From: an uncultured Dehalococcoidales bacterium
Lineage (GTDB): Bacteria > Chloroflexota > Dehalococcoidia > Dehalococcoidales > CAZFRL01
Length of the DNA stretch: 64,000 nt
Assembly: GCA_964521325.1 (NCBI GenBank)
Contig: CAZFRL010000002.1
Location: 4,396 to 68,395 of the forward strand
Reading direction: 5' to 3'
The notes under the pieces are model-generated. The model made no database searches and was not told the origin of the DNA. It worked only from the letters and a program-made list of their open reading frames with translations. Below, piece after piece: positions 36,399-46,793 of this stretch. Each line of letters begins with the position of its first letter. The first letter of the stretch is position 1. A program made the position numbers and the translations under genes.

Positions 36399-37856
36399 TT
36401 GATAACTAACCAATTAACAATTCATGAGGCACATAAACTACTTGTCAGCCGGCAACTGTCCTCGGTTGAATTAACCAGAGCTTGCCTGGAGCGCATCCGC
36501 CAGGTAGAGCCAAAGGTTCACGCTCTGGTTACCATAACTGAAGAGCTGGCTCTATCTCAAGCCCAGAAGGCTGATGAGCTTATTGCCGCCGGTGATAACA
36601 ATCCCCTTACCGGCATCCCGGTGCTAATCAAAGACAACATGTGCACTAAAGGGATACGAACCACCTGCTCATCAAGGATGCTGGAAAATTTTGTCCCGCC
36701 TTATGATGCTACAGTAGTAGAAAAGTTAAATGAGTGCGATCCGGTAGTTTTAGGCAAGACCAATATGGATGAATTTGCTATGGGTTCGTCTACCGAGCAC
36801 TCTGCCCTGTTTACCACTCATAACCCCTGGGATTTAAGTCGCGTCCCTGGAGGTAGCAGTGGAGGTTCAGCAGCCGCCGTAGCTGCCAGCGAGACCATCT
36901 ATGCCCTGGGCTCAGATACCGGAGGCAGTATTCGTCAGCCGGCTGGTTTCTGTAGCGTCACTGGTCTAAAACCTACTTATGGCAGGGTAAGTCGCTATGG
37001 CCTGGTTGCCTTTGCCAGTTCCCTGGACCAGATTGGACCTATAACCCAGGATGTTGCCGACTGCGCCCTGGTGCTAAATGCTATCGCCGGCTACGATAGC
37101 CGGGACTCCACCTCGGTTCCTGAGCCTACCCCCGATTACACCCAGTGCCTGGCTACTGACCTCAACGGGCTGCGTATCGGAGTCCCCAGGGAGTATTTTG
37201 TTGAGGGGATGCAAACCGAGGTCGAAATGGCTATGCGAGCCGCTATCAGTAAGCTTGAGGAGCTGGGAGCGAGGGCAGAATGGGAGGCATCACTGCCTCA
37301 TACCCGTTACGCCCTGGCGGCATACTACATTATTGCCCCGTCAGAGGCTTCAGCCAACCTGGCCCGCTATGACGGGGTGAAATACGGCTTCTCCTATCAG
37401 GATACTAACAGTATGTGGGAGGCGATGGAAAAAACCCGCCAGTATGGTTTTGGTGCTGAGGTAAAGAGGCGCATCATGCTGGGCACCCATGCCCTGTCTG
37501 CTGGCTATTATGATGCCTGGTATGTTAAAGCCCAGAAGGTTCGCACCATAATAAGGCAGGAGTTTGACCAGGCCTTTGATAAATTTGATGCCTTGATAAC
37601 CCCAACCTCACCCACCGTCCCCTTCAAAATCGGGGAGAAGATAGATGACCCGCTTCAAATGTATCTGAGCGATGTCTGTACCCTGCCCATAAATATTGCC
37701 GGCTTACCAGCCATCTCCATCCCGGCTGGCTTTGCCGATGGGCTACCCATCGGTATGCAGATTATCGGCAAGCCATTCAGCGAGGAAACCATCTTAAAAA
37801 TCGCCTACGCCTACCAGCAGGCGACAGATTGGCACAAGAGAAGACCCAGTATCTAA
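36399..37856 (+). CDS. gatA: Asp/Glu-tRNA amidotransferase subunit A
   Basis: Amidase signature [12 protein letters not shown], 485 aa. TTG start behind GGAGGTAAGA. Confidence 0.95.
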   Translation: MITNQLTIHEAHKLLVSRQLSSVELTRACLERIRQVEPKVHALVTITEELALSQAQKADELIAAGDNNPLTGIPVLIKDNMCTKGIRTTCSSRMLENFVPPYDATVVEKLNECDPVVLGKTNMDEFAMGSSTEHSALFTTHNPWDLSRVPGGSSGGSAAAVAASETIYALGSDTGGSIRQPAGFCSVTGLKPTYGRVSRYGLVAFASSLDQIGPITQDVADCALVLNAIAGYDSRDSTSVPEPTPDYTQCLATDLNGLRIGVPREYFVEGMQTEVEMAMRAAISKLEELGARAEWEASLPHTRYALAAYYIIAPSEASANLARYDGVKYGFSYQDTNSMWEAMEKTRQYGFGAEVKRRIMLGTHALSAGYYDAWYVKAQKVRTIIRQEFDQAFDKFDALITPTSPTVPFKIGEKIDDPLQMYLSDVCTLPINIAGLPAISIPAGFADGLPIGMQIIGKPFSEETILKIAYAYQQATDWHKRRPSI

Positions 37857-37873
37857 AAAAGAGGCTTATTAGA

Positions 37874-38215
37874 ATGGCTGGGAAAAATAAACAACCTAAT
37901 GGCAAGCCCGAATACAAAGTTTCAGTCGGTGGGGGTAAAGTCACTCCGAAAGGCACTTTAAAGGCTGTACACAAAGCCCAATTTGACGCCAAATCATGGT
38001 CTATTTTGGGTATTTTATTGACCATTATTTGTGGTGCTATATCCTACGGAATTTACGAGTTAGTTCCAATGTCCACAGGGCTTAAAATTGCTTTACCAGT
38101 GATTGTTTTTTGTTTGCTGCTTATTATTGTTTGGTGGCAAAGATATAGAGTTCTGAGGTTCACTCACTGGGTAGACCGTAAGTTTACAGCTACGAAAACT
38201 TATCATATTAAATAA
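37874..38215 (+). CDS. hypothetical small membrane protein (2 TM), AT-rich
   Basis: Start taken at ATG 37874 behind AAGAGG. Lys-rich N-terminus, then two hydrophobic helices. Sampled lines are 33-40% GC. Confidence 0.5.
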   Translation: MAGKNKQPNGKPEYKVSVGGGKVTPKGTLKAVHKAQFDAKSWSILGILLTIICGAISYGIYELVPMSTGLKIALPVIVFCLLLIIVWWQRYRVLRFTHWVDRKFTATKTYHIK

Positions 38216-38313
38216 TCAAGTGTTTTAATGTAGACTTTTAAGGAAATTATCTTTCCCGTTTAATAAAGGAAAGGAATAAAAGAGGAATAAAGAGGATAGG
38301 GCTTGACGGAGAG

Positions 38314-38392
38314 TTAAAGAGAGATGAAGCCTCTCTTATATAACTACCCCCTCCCTCTTATCAAGAGAGGGGGACAAAAGGGGAGGGTTACC
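38314..38392 (+). repeat. family F1 hairpin repeat, copy B
   Basis: AAAGAGAG-atgaagc-CTCTCTT, CCCTCTC-ttatcaa-GAGAGGG, then ACAAAAGGGGAGGGTTACC. Collinear with copy A. Confidence 0.75.
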
Positions 38393-38418
38393 TGATAAAA
38401 AGCTATGTTATCTCTTGA

Positions 38419-38569
38419 GATTACTTCGTCGCTAGCACTCCTCGCAAAGACGAAGGAGTGTCATTGCGAGCCGAAGGCGTGGCAATCTCGGTGGTAGGGC
38501 GCTATTGGGGGATTGCTTCGTCGCTGACGCTCCTCGCAATGACGAAAGGGAGAAGCTCCTCGCAAAGAC
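38419..38569. repeat. family F2 repeat cluster (GTCATTGCGAGGAGC..GACGAAGCAATC units in alternating orientation)
   Basis: Units at 38419-38451, 38460-38487 and 38511-38543, plus a partial unit at 38555-38569. The same unit pair recurs at 60613-60680. Confidence 0.8.
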
Positions 38570-38593
38570 ATAAGGCTAGTCTAAAAGGAGATA

Positions 38594-38821
38594 GTGTTGA
38601 ATAATCTTAAAGTTAATTGCTATTCGGGGCATACCTATGCTGAAAGACCGCGGTCTTTCCTGTGGGAAGGCGTAGAATGTGAGGTGGAGGAGATAGAAAA
38701 AGCGTGGCTGGAGCCGGGGGAGAGGCACTTCCGGGTTAGAACCAGAGATAACAAACTGTTCCAACTCTGCTATAATGAGTTAGAAAAGGAGTGGTCATTA
38801 GTCGAGCTAATAAGGAGCTGA
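38594..38821 (+). CDS. hypothetical small protein (75 aa)
   Basis: ORF behind AAAAGGAG, immediately upstream of and co-directional with the Lrp/AsnC gene. No family recognised. Confidence 0.5.
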   Translation: MLNNLKVNCYSGHTYAERPRSFLWEGVECEVEEIEKAWLEPGERHFRVRTRDNKLFQLCYNELEKEWSLVELIRS

Positions 38822-38825
38822 GGAA

Positions 38826-39308
38826 ATGATAAAAGAAATTCTTAAAATACTGGAAAATGATGCCCGAACTACTACCAAACAAATCTCTACTATGACCAGC
38901 ACTCCCGGTGCTGAGGTAACTAAGCTCATTAAGCAAGCCGAAAAAGACCGAATTATCCTGAAATACAAAACTGTAATAAACTGGGAAAAGGCAGGGGAGG
39001 AGCAGGTATGGGCTTTGATACAGGTAAAGATTACCCCCCAGCCAGATGTCGGCTTTGACTCCATGGCTGAGCGTATCTACCGCTTCCCTCAAGCCCGCAC
39101 CGTCTATCTAGTCTCGGGAACCTATGACCTGCTGGTTCTGGTGGTGGGCAAAACCATGCACGAGGTAGCTGATTTCGTATCTCAAGAGATTGCCCATATT
39201 GAAGGAGTCCAGGAGACGATTACCCATTTTCTACTTAAACGCTATAAAGAGGACGGTGAAATTCTGGAGGGGGAGGAAGGCATTAAGCGACAGCCCGTAA
39301 TACTCTAG
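38826..39308 (+). CDS. Lrp/AsnC family transcriptional regulator
   Basis: N-terminal HTH (ILENDARTTTKQISTMT) and a C-terminal RAM-type domain (VYLVSGTYDLLVLV). Confidence 0.88.
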   Translation: MIKEILKILENDARTTTKQISTMTSTPGAEVTKLIKQAEKDRIILKYKTVINWEKAGEEQVWALIQVKITPQPDVGFDSMAERIYRFPQARTVYLVSGTYDLLVLVVGKTMHEVADFVSQEIAHIEGVQETITHFLLKRYKEDGEILEGEEGIKRQPVIL

Positions 39309-39323
39309 GCTTAGGAGACTGCT

Positions 39324-40523
39324 ATGTCAGCAAATCCCAAGGACAGGCATAAGAAATATCATAGTTATCTAGCAAAGCGGGTAAACCAAATATCCCCTTC
39401 AGGGATAAGGAGGTTCTTCGACCTACTGGCGTCTATGGAAGGGGTAATCTCTCTGGGGGTTGGCGAGCCTGACTTTGCCACCCCGTGGCATATTACTGAG
39501 AAAGCCATCGAATCCCTGGAAAAAGGCTACACAATGTACACCTCAAACCTGGGGATGCCTGAGCTGCGTCAGGAACTGTCACGCTACCTGAAAGATAACT
39601 ACAAACTGGCATATGACCCCGATAGCGAACTTCTGATTACAGTGGGAGTTAGTGAAGCATTAGACCTGACAATACGAGCTATCCTAAACCCCGGGGATGA
39701 GGTTATTATACCCGACCCCTGCTACGTTTCCTATAGCTCCTGCGTCATTTTGGCCGGAGGCACACCAATTATGGTGCCGACCAAACAGAAAAATAACTTT
39801 GAGATTAGTGCCGCCGATATTGAGGCAAAAGTTACCAACAAAACCAAGGCAATCCTAATTGGTTATCCGGCAAACCCTACCGGCGCCGTGATGCCCAGGG
39901 ACAAACTGGCACAGATAGCCGATGTAGCCCGGCGTCACCAGCTTCTGGTAATCTCAGACGAGATATACGCCAGGTTAGTCTATAACGTAGAGCATATCTG
40001 CTTTGCCACCCTGCCCGGAATGAAGGAAAACACCATCTTTCTGGGTGGATTCTCCAAAGCCTATGCTATGACCGGCTGGCGTATTGGCTACGCTGCGGCT
40101 AACAAAGAGGTTAGTGCCTCAATGACCAAGATCCACCAGTACACTGTAATGAGCGCACCAACAATGGGTCAGGTAGCTGCTATTGAGGCACTAAAATCAG
40201 GCGAAGACAGCAGCGCTGAAATGGTTGAGGAATACAACCGGCGACGAATGGTTATAGTCAAGGGACTAAACGATATTGGGCTACCCTGTTTTGAGCCCAG
40301 AGGGGCATTCTACGCCTTCCCCTCAATAAAGAGCACCGGTATGACCTCAGAGGAATTTGCGGAAAGGCTTCTCATCGAGGAAAAGGTAGCCGTGGTTCCC
40401 GGCTCAGCCTTCGGGCAGTGCGGTGAGGGATACGTCCGTTGCTGCTATGCCACCTCATTGGCTGACATTGAAGAAGCCCTATCCAGAATGAAGCAGTTTG
40501 TGGCTAAATATCGGAAGGTTTAG
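39324..40523 (+). CDS. class I/II pyridoxal-phosphate-dependent aminotransferase (aspartate aminotransferase-like)
   Basis: GEPDF, NPTG and SKAYAMTGWRIGY (PLP lysine) motifs. Confidence 0.9.
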   Translation: MSANPKDRHKKYHSYLAKRVNQISPSGIRRFFDLLASMEGVISLGVGEPDFATPWHITEKAIESLEKGYTMYTSNLGMPELRQELSRYLKDNYKLAYDPDSELLITVGVSEALDLTIRAILNPGDEVIIPDPCYVSYSSCVILAGGTPIMVPTKQKNNFEISAADIEAKVTNKTKAILIGYPANPTGAVMPRDKLAQIADVARRHQLLVISDEIYARLVYNVEHICFATLPGMKENTIFLGGFSKAYAMTGWRIGYAAANKEVSASMTKIHQYTVMSAPTMGQVAAIEALKSGEDSSAEMVEEYNRRRMVIVKGLNDIGLPCFEPRGAFYAFPSIKSTGMTSEEFAERLLIEEKVAVVPGSAFGQCGEGYVRCCYATSLADIEEALSRMKQFVAKYRKV

Positions 40524-40531
40524 CCCTTTCG

Positions 40532-41506
40532 CTAAACAAGACCCATCTTCTGCTTAACTTCCTTGAGGGTCTCCCTGGCAATAACCCGGGCTCGGCTGGC
40601 GCCATCAGCCAAAACTTCAGTTATATATCGAGGTTTAGTAGCTATGGCAGCTCGCCGTTCTCGGAAAGGTTTAAGGGCAGAATTAATCTCTCGAGCCAAG
40701 AGCAGCTTACAATCAACACAACCAATCTCAGCTGAGCGACATCGCCCGGCTAAATCATCTAACTGGAGCGGATTAAAATATCCCTGAAGCCGATAAATAT
40801 TGCATATCTCCGGGTGCCCCGGGTCACTGCGGTATTGGCGAGCCGGGTCGGTAACTGCCGTCATTACCCGCTCTACCGTCTCCTCCTCTGATAGGGCTAG
40901 CTCAATATCATTACCCAGTTGCTTGCTCATCTTTTCTTTACCGTCTAACCCTATTACTAACGGAAACGAGGTGAGCTTTGCCTCAGGTTCAGGAAAGGTA
41001 TCACTGAATAAATTATTAAAGCGGCGAGCAATCTCCCTGGCTAATTCCAGATGAGGCAGCTGGTCTTCACCAACAGGGACAAATCCAGCTTTATAAAGCA
41101 CAATATCGGCAGTCATTAGAACTGGATACCCTACCAGCCCATAGTTCACATTTTGAGGTTGGAGCCTCGCCTTATCCTTAAAGGTAGGCACCCGTAGTAG
41201 CCAGCCCAGAGGAGTAACCATGCTGAGCAGCGTATGTAACTCCATCACCTCAGGGACATGAGACTGGACAAAAAGGATACTTTTCCGAGGGTCAAGTCCA
41301 GCCGCCAGCCAGTCAAGCGTCATCTCATAGATATTCTTTTGTAGACTGCCGGTGTCTTCCAACGTGGTCAGAGCATGGACATCAACTATGCAATAGATGC
41401 AATCATACTCGTCCTGGAGACTCACGTAGTGCTGTATGGCTCCCAGGTAGTTCCCCAAATGCTGTCTGCCCGTGGGACGAGCCCCGGAAAAAACGCGCTG
41501 CTTCAT
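40532..41506 (-). CDS. trpS: tryptophan--tRNA ligase
   Basis: GARPTGRQHLGNYLGA (HIGH-type) and KMSKQ. Confidence 0.95.
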   Translation of the reverse strand: MKQRVFSGARPTGRQHLGNYLGAIQHYVSLQDEYDCIYCIVDVHALTTLEDTGSLQKNIYEMTLDWLAAGLDPRKSILFVQSHVPEVMELHTLLSMVTPLGWLLRVPTFKDKARLQPQNVNYGLVGYPVLMTADIVLYKAGFVPVGEDQLPHLELAREIARRFNNLFSDTFPEPEAKLTSFPLVIGLDGKEKMSKQLGNDIELALSEEETVERVMTAVTDPARQYRSDPGHPEICNIYRLQGYFNPLQLDDLAGRCRSAEIGCVDCKLLLAREINSALKPFRERRAAIATKPRYITEVLADGASRARVIARETLKEVKQKMGLV

Positions 41507-41638
41507 TCGCCCTCCTCAGTCAAAGAGTGTAACATAAAACTGAATATACGGACAAGATTAATGCAGCTACACTACGCAACAGGCAAACTTGACCCTCCAA
41601 ACACTTAGCCTATAATATGAGGAGTTGGGGAGGTAAGA

Positions 41639-42145
41639 ATGATTAAAAGCTTCAATGGCATGATGCCCCAGATAGCTGATTCAGCCTTTGTCAGCCAGAC
41701 CGCTTATATTATTGGTGATGTAAAAATTGACGAGAACTCCGGTATCTGGCCTGGTGCCGTAATCAGAGCCGACTTCGACAGTATTAAAATTGGTCACAAT
41801 AGCCATATTGAGGATAATAGTGTGCTACACAGTGGTACATCAATGGAAATAGGCGATAACGTTATCATCGGGCATAGTGTGGTCATGCATGGCAAGAAAA
41901 TTGGCAACAATACCCTTATTGGCAATAATGCCACCATACTGGAAGATGCTGAAATTGGTAGCTTCTGTATAATCGGAGCTGGTTGCCTGGTTATGTCTGG
42001 GATGAAAATACCAGACAAGTCATTTGTGGCTGGCGTTCCGGGAGAAATTAGGGGGAAACCTTCGCTAGAGCAGCTACGGTGGGTACAAGAAGGACCTCAA
42101 ACCTACAATAAATTAGCCAAGCAATATAAGGAGCAAGGACTCTAG
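41639..42145 (+). CDS. gamma-carbonic-anhydrase-like hexapeptide-repeat protein (PaaY/YrdA family)
   Basis: Left-handed beta-helix repeats with an IGDNVIIGHSVVMHG pattern. Confidence 0.88.
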   Translation: MIKSFNGMMPQIADSAFVSQTAYIIGDVKIDENSGIWPGAVIRADFDSIKIGHNSHIEDNSVLHSGTSMEIGDNVIIGHSVVMHGKKIGNNTLIGNNATILEDAEIGSFCIIGAGCLVMSGMKIPDKSFVAGVPGEIRGKPSLEQLRWVQEGPQTYNKLAKQYKEQGL

Positions 42146-42157
42146 CCACCAACTGCC

Positions 42158-43831
42158 TTACATACTCTCCGGCGCCGTCATCCCCATAAGATGAAGGGTT
42201 CTAGCCAGGACAATTCTGGCAGCGTCCACCAGCTTAAGACGAGCTTTGGATAACGCCTCGTTACTGGAAACAACACGGCACTGCTTATAGAAGCTATGGA
42301 ATACAGTCGCTAAATCCTGAGCATAATAGGTAAGATGGTGGGGTTCCAGGGTGTGGGTTACTATCTCAACTATCTCAGGCAGGAGTAGCATCTTCCGTAT
42401 TAAAGTCAATTCAGGCTCAGTAGTCAGTAAAGAAACATCACCATCCCGGTAGTCAATTCCCCTCTGCTGAGCCAGATGAAGAATACTGGCAATGCGAGCG
42501 TGGGCATACTGAACATAATAGACGGGATTGTCCAGCGATTCCTTTTTAGCTAATTCCAAATCAAAGTCCATTTGCGAATCAGCCGAGCGGGATAAAAAGA
42601 AGAAACGGCAGGCATCAATTCCTACCTCATCTACCACTTCACGCAGGGTAATAATATCACCACTGCGTTTAGATAAACGAACTAACTCCTCACCACGACG
42701 CAAGGTAACCATCTGAGAAATTATCACCTCAAGTCGCTCAGGGGTAACACCCAGGGCACCAACCACAGCTTTCATTCGAGATATATGCCCCTGGTGGTCA
42801 GCTCCCCAGATATTAATCACCTTGTCAAACTTGCGTTCCAAAAATTTGTTGTAGTGATAAGCAATATCAGAGGCAAAATAGGTTGGTGAACCATCGCCAC
42901 GTACTACCACATTGTCCTTATCCTCACCCAGGGCAGTGGATATAAACCAGGTAGCCCCTTCCTTTTCAGCTATATAACCTCCCTGGCGTAGAAGCGACAT
43001 TACCGCCTGGTACTGCCCCTTATCAAAAAGGCTCTGCTCACTAAACCAGTTATCAAAGCTCACCCCCAATAGCTCAAGGTCACTCCTGATTTGTTTTATT
43101 ATCTTCTCCAAACCGAGCTTCCCTAGTTGTGACACTGCTTCCTGCTCAGGTAGAGTAAGAAACCTTTTTTCCTCCTCGGCAATAATCTCTTTAGCCAAAT
43201 CAACCATATAGTTACCAAAGTAACCATCAGTGGGCATCTCAGCATCAACCCCTAAACACTGCTGATAACGAGCATAGAGTGAGCGATAAAAGGCGTCTAT
43301 CTGGCTGCCGGCATCATTAATATAATATTCAGTCTCCACCTTGTAGCCAGCAGCAGTAAGAATATTGGCTAAAGTACTCCCCAGGATAGCGCCACGACCA
43401 TGCCCGACATGGAGTGGCCCGGTGGGATTGACACTAACAAACTCTAATTGTACCCGACTGCCCTGGATAAGGTCGATATTGCCATAAGAATCACCAGCCA
43501 CCAGAATTGAATCCACCTGCCTGGTCAACCAATCACCTTTAAGTGAGAAATTAATAAACCCTGGTGCCGCTACAGTAATAGTATCAATCTCAGGAATGGG
43601 AACCATAAGTCCTACCATGTCCTGGGCAATACTCAATGGGCTGATTCCAGTTGTCCTAGCTAATTTCAAAGGAAAACTTGAGGCATAGTCCCCATGCTCA
43701 GGGTTCTGAGGATGCTCCACAGCCACCTCAGGTAAGGTAACCGAAGGCAGTTTACCTGATTGCTGCGCCTCAGTTGCTGCCTGGGTCAGCAACTCTGTTA
43801 GTTTCTGCTTAACCGCTATTATCCCACTCAC
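42158..43831 (-). CDS. argS: arginine--tRNA ligase
   Basis: [16 protein letters not shown] (HIGH) and a C-terminal DALR anticodon-binding domain. Confidence 0.95.
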   Translation of the reverse strand: MSGIIAVKQKLTELLTQAATEAQQSGKLPSVTLPEVAVEHPQNPEHGDYASSFPLKLARTTGISPLSIAQDMVGLMVPIPEIDTITVAAPGFINFSLKGDWLTRQVDSILVAGDSYGNIDLIQGSRVQLEFVSVNPTGPLHVGHGRGAILGSTLANILTAAGYKVETEYYINDAGSQIDAFYRSLYARYQQCLGVDAEMPTDGYFGNYMVDLAKEIIAEEEKRFLTLPEQEAVSQLGKLGLEKIIKQIRSDLELLGVSFDNWFSEQSLFDKGQYQAVMSLLRQGGYIAEKEGATWFISTALGEDKDNVVVRGDGSPTYFASDIAYHYNKFLERKFDKVINIWGADHQGHISRMKAVVGALGVTPERLEVIISQMVTLRRGEELVRLSKRSGDIITLREVVDEVGIDACRFFFLSRSADSQMDFDLELAKKESLDNPVYYVQYAHARIASILHLAQQRGIDYRDGDVSLLTTEPELTLIRKMLLLPEIVEIVTHTLEPHHLTYYAQDLATVFHSFYKQCRVVSSNEALSKARLKLVDAARIVLARTLHLMGMTAPESM

Positions 43832-44061
43832 CCTATATCTGATACCCCAGAATTAACCTTCAAAATACAACTAACTATAGCACGAATGGTAGCGCATACT
43901 CAAATAGGGACAGCTTAACCGGTATCAACTAAAATAAGAAAAATGATGCCGTATCATTTAGTCGGTGGATTTGAAAAAGGAGAGACCCCGCAGAACCCGT
44001 GGATGGCTTCAGCCGGGATTCAATCGACTAATAGTTAACAGTAACTCGAGCTTTGGAGTTG

Positions 44062-44090
44062 TTGACACTCCGAGAGGGTGGTTGTAGACT
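44062..44090 (+). promoter_or_regulatory. sigma-70-like promoter of glyA
   Basis: TTGACA (44062-44067), 17 nt, TAGACT (44085-44090), lying 37 nt upstream of ATG 44128. GGGAGG RBS. Confidence 0.5.
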
Positions 44091-44127
44091 ATTCGTGGTA
44101 TTAGGCTTTACTTCAGAAGGGAGGCGA

Positions 44128-45372
44128 ATGAGCTCTTTAAGTCAAACCGATCCAGAAATTAGTCACACTCTGTATATGGAGGCGAAGCGGCAAAAGGAAA
44201 CGATAAATCTTATCGCCTCAGAGAACTATGCCAGTAAGGCGGTGCTTGAAGCTCAAGGTTCATTTCTGACCAGCAAATATGCTGAAGGTTATCCTAAACA
44301 GCGCTACTACGGTGGGTGCGAAAATATGGATATAGTGGAGGATTTAGCTATCCAGCGGGCTAAAGAGTTGTTTCATACTGAGCATGCTAATGTCCAGCCC
44401 CACAGTGGGGCTCAGGCTAACATGGCAGCATATTACGCCTTGCTGGAGTATGGTGACACTGTTATGGGCATGAGCCTAACTCACGGTGGTCATCTTACTC
44501 ATGGCGATAGGGTAAGCTTCTCAGGTAAATCATATAATTTCATACCCTACGGTGTTAATCGGGAGACAGAAAGGATTGATTACCAAGAGGTAGAGAGGCT
44601 TGCCTTGAAGCATAAGCCCAAGTTGATTGTAGCCGGAGCCAGTGCCTACTCCAGGATTATTGATTTTGAGCGATTTCGGCATATCGCCGACCTAGTAGGG
44701 GCAAGGCTCATGGTTGATATAGCACACATAGCTGGTATGGTAGCTGTAGGTCTGCACCCTACCCCTGTGCCCTATACTGACGTAGTGACCTCAACTACGC
44801 ATAAGACGCTACGTGGTCCACGAGCTGGGTTCATTTTGTGCCGAAGGGAGCTAGCTTCCTTAATAGATGAGGCTGTTTTCCCCCGAATGCAGGGGGGACC
44901 CCTGATGCACGTCATTGCAGCTAAAGCGGTGGCTTTTTATGAAGCGATGCAGCCCAGCTTCATCGAGTATCAACGGGCTACACTCGATAACGCACTTGTT
45001 CTAGCCAGTGAGCTACGACAATTAGGACTGCGCCTTGTATCAGGTGGAACCGATAACCACATGGTCTTAGTAGACCTGACTGAGATTGGGGTCACTGGCC
45101 TAGAGGCTGAGGAGTCTTTAGGAGCAACAGGCATTATTGTTAACCGAAATGCCATCCCTTTTGACTCTCGTCCACCCCTGATAACCAGTGGCATCAGACT
45201 AGGCACGCCAGCAGTAACTACGCGCCGCTTTGGCAGCCAGGAAATGAAGCACATTGCTTCACTAATTGTAAAAGTAATTACTAACATTGGTAATCAGGAT
45301 ATTCAAAATCAGGTGAGCCATGAGGTTAGCCAGATATGCCACCGCTTCCCGGTACCTGGCATCGATGACTGA
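44128..45372 (+). CDS. glyA: serine hydroxymethyltransferase
   Basis: [13 protein letters not shown]-lysine motif. Start moved to Met26 of the track ORF, behind AGAAGGGAGG. Confidence 0.95.
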   Translation: MSSLSQTDPEISHTLYMEAKRQKETINLIASENYASKAVLEAQGSFLTSKYAEGYPKQRYYGGCENMDIVEDLAIQRAKELFHTEHANVQPHSGAQANMAAYYALLEYGDTVMGMSLTHGGHLTHGDRVSFSGKSYNFIPYGVNRETERIDYQEVERLALKHKPKLIVAGASAYSRIIDFERFRHIADLVGARLMVDIAHIAGMVAVGLHPTPVPYTDVVTSTTHKTLRGPRAGFILCRRELASLIDEAVFPRMQGGPLMHVIAAKAVAFYEAMQPSFIEYQRATLDNALVLASELRQLGLRLVSGGTDNHMVLVDLTEIGVTGLEAEESLGATGIIVNRNAIPFDSRPPLITSGIRLGTPAVTTRRFGSQEMKHIASLIVKVITNIGNQDIQNQVSHEVSQICHRFPVPGIDD

Positions 45373-45384
45373 GATTACTAAATA

Positions 45385-45562
45385 ACCCTATCCCCTTCAT
45401 CCCCCCCTTATTAAAGGGAAGGAGAAAGTAATTTCTTCAGGGGGCCTAGCCCTCTAAAACTGCTTTAACTTCTGCCCCAGGGAAGGAGAGTCAAAGAAAG
45501 GTAAAGCCTCTCTTGTACAACCAATTTTCCTCTTCTTTAAAGGGAGGATTAAAGGGTGAGGT
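45385..45562. repeat. family F1 hairpin repeats, copies C1 (45385-45458, inverted) and C2 (45494-45562, direct), arranged head to head
   Basis: C1 reads CCCTATCCCCTTCATCCCCCCCTTATTAAAGGGAAGG...CAGGGGGCCTAGCCCTCT. C2 reads AAGCCTCTCTTGTACAA...CCTCTTCTTTAAAGGGAGGATTAAAGGGTGAGG. Confidence 0.7.
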
Positions 45563-45575
45563 AAGTAAACAATAG

Positions 45576-45584
45576 TGTTATAAT
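45576..45584 (+). promoter_or_regulatory. extended -10 element (TGTTATAAT) upstream of prs
   Basis: TGnTATAAT lies 47 nt before the prs ATG, with an ACGGAGGT RBS. Confidence 0.4.
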
Positions 45585-45631
45585 GTATGTGATATGAGTT
45601 GAAGGCTATATTTAAACGGAGGTAATAGTTA

Positions 45632-46570
45632 ATGGATGAGTTAAAGGTATTTACTGGTAATGCCCATCCTGCCCTAGCCCAGGCAGTTACTGAATATCTG
45701 GGTGTACCTTTAGGCGGGTGCGAGGTCTCTGAGTTCAGTAATGAGAATATCTTTGTTCGTATTCTGGAAAATGTCCGCCAGCGAGATACCTTTGTTATTC
45801 AGCCTATATGCCGCCCGGTTAATAAGAACCTGGTTGAGCTATTGATTATGCTTGACGCATTGAAGAGAGCGTCGGCTGGTCGTATTACCGCTGTAATTCC
45901 TTATTATGGCTACGGTCGCACTGACAAGAAGGACCAACCCCGGGTGCCGATAACTGCCAGGCTGGTAGCTGACCTGCTAACTGTGGCTGGGGCTAATCGA
46001 GTGCTGACCGTGGATTTACATGCAGCGCAGATTCAGGGTTTTTTTAATATACCCATCGATGAACTGACAGCGCTTTATATATTGAGCCATTATTTCAAGG
46101 AGAAAGTCTTTGATGACCTGGTTGTAGTTGCCACTGATATCGGCATTTCCAAGCGGGCGCGAGACCTAGCAACTAGGCTTGATACCCCACTGGCTATTAT
46201 AGAAAAGAGACGGGTAGGTAATAATGACCAGGCTGAGACGCTAAATGTGATTGGTGAGGTGGAAGGCAGGGTGGCTCTCACTGTAGATGATGAGATAGAC
46301 ACCGCTGGTTCCCTGTTGAATGTTATTTCTGCTCTGGAAAAGCGTGGAGTTGAGGGGATATATGTCTGTTGTACACACCCGATATTCTCCGGCCCGGCTG
46401 TCCAGAGGATAGCCTCGTGCTCAGTAAAAGAGGTGGTAGTTACCGATACCGTTCCTGTCGCCGATGACAAAAAGCTAGACAAGATTACTGTTTTGCCGAT
46501 AGCCCCACTACTGGGTGAAGCCATCCACCGTATTCATACCGGACAGTCCGTAGGAGCTCTATTTGAATAA
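45632..46570 (+). CDS. prs: ribose-phosphate pyrophosphokinase
   Basis: DLHAAQIQGFF and VDDEIDTAGS (PRPP-binding loop). Confidence 0.95.
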   Translation: MDELKVFTGNAHPALAQAVTEYLGVPLGGCEVSEFSNENIFVRILENVRQRDTFVIQPICRPVNKNLVELLIMLDALKRASAGRITAVIPYYGYGRTDKKDQPRVPITARLVADLLTVAGANRVLTVDLHAAQIQGFFNIPIDELTALYILSHYFKEKVFDDLVVVATDIGISKRARDLATRLDTPLAIIEKRRVGNNDQAETLNVIGEVEGRVALTVDDEIDTAGSLLNVISALEKRGVEGIYVCCTHPIFSGPAVQRIASCSVKEVVVTDTVPVADDKKLDKITVLPIAPLLGEAIHRIHTGQSVGALFE

Positions 46571-46793
46571 GGGTGAAAAATTGGTAGAAGTATATACGGC
46601 AGCAAGTGAGGCGGAGGCTCAGGTTATTAAGGGCTTGCTTGAGAGCTATGGAATACCCTGCCTCCTGAAATCATACGCGGCACCTTCAGTGCATATGTTT
46701 ACGGTTGATGGTATGGGTGAGGTTAAAATCATGACCCGGGAGTCAATGGCAGAGGAGGCCAAGAGACTAGTTAAGGGCAAAGAATATGTTTAA
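46563..46793 (+). CDS. DUF2007-like small protein
   Basis: [26 protein letters not shown] pattern. Starts on TTG; an alternative TTG at 46581 lies behind AAGGGTGA. Confidence 0.6.
   Translation: MNKGEKLVEVYTAASEAEAQVIKGLLESYGIPCLLKSYAAPSVHMFTVDGMGEVKIMTRESMAEEAKRLVKGKEYV

Noticed and set aside
38400-38575. Possible CRISPR array, because of the repeated ~32-nt units
   Set aside because: Units alternate in orientation and are irregularly spaced. One is partial, there are no unique spacers of constant length, and no cas genes occur in the window. This is a hairpin repeat cluster, not a CRISPR array.
38576-38764. Track ORF of 62 aa on the minus strand
   Set aside because: It is antisense to the better-supported 75-aa ORF, which has an AAAAGGAG RBS, and it runs toward the F2 repeat cluster. 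Judged spurious.
41507-41638. T-box leaders upstream of trpS, and similarly of argS, valS and gltX
   Set aside because: The leaders are too short (trpS, gltX) or are occupied by F1/F2 repeats (valS). No AGAGA, specifier-loop or T-box (GGGTGGTACCGCG-like) sequence was seen on the relevant strand.
43940-44061. Possible riboswitch upstream of glyA. TAGTCG...CGACTA closes a ~70-nt region, and GTGGATGGCTTCAGCC looks faintly like the 5' part of fluoride or ZTP motifs.
   Set aside because: I could not find the conserved 3' halves of the ZTP (CCGCCTGGGC-type) or fluoride (GATGATGCCTAC-type) motifs. A good TTGACA-N17-TAGACT promoter lies downstream of the region, which would exclude it from the glyA mRNA. 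The similarity is too short to support a call.
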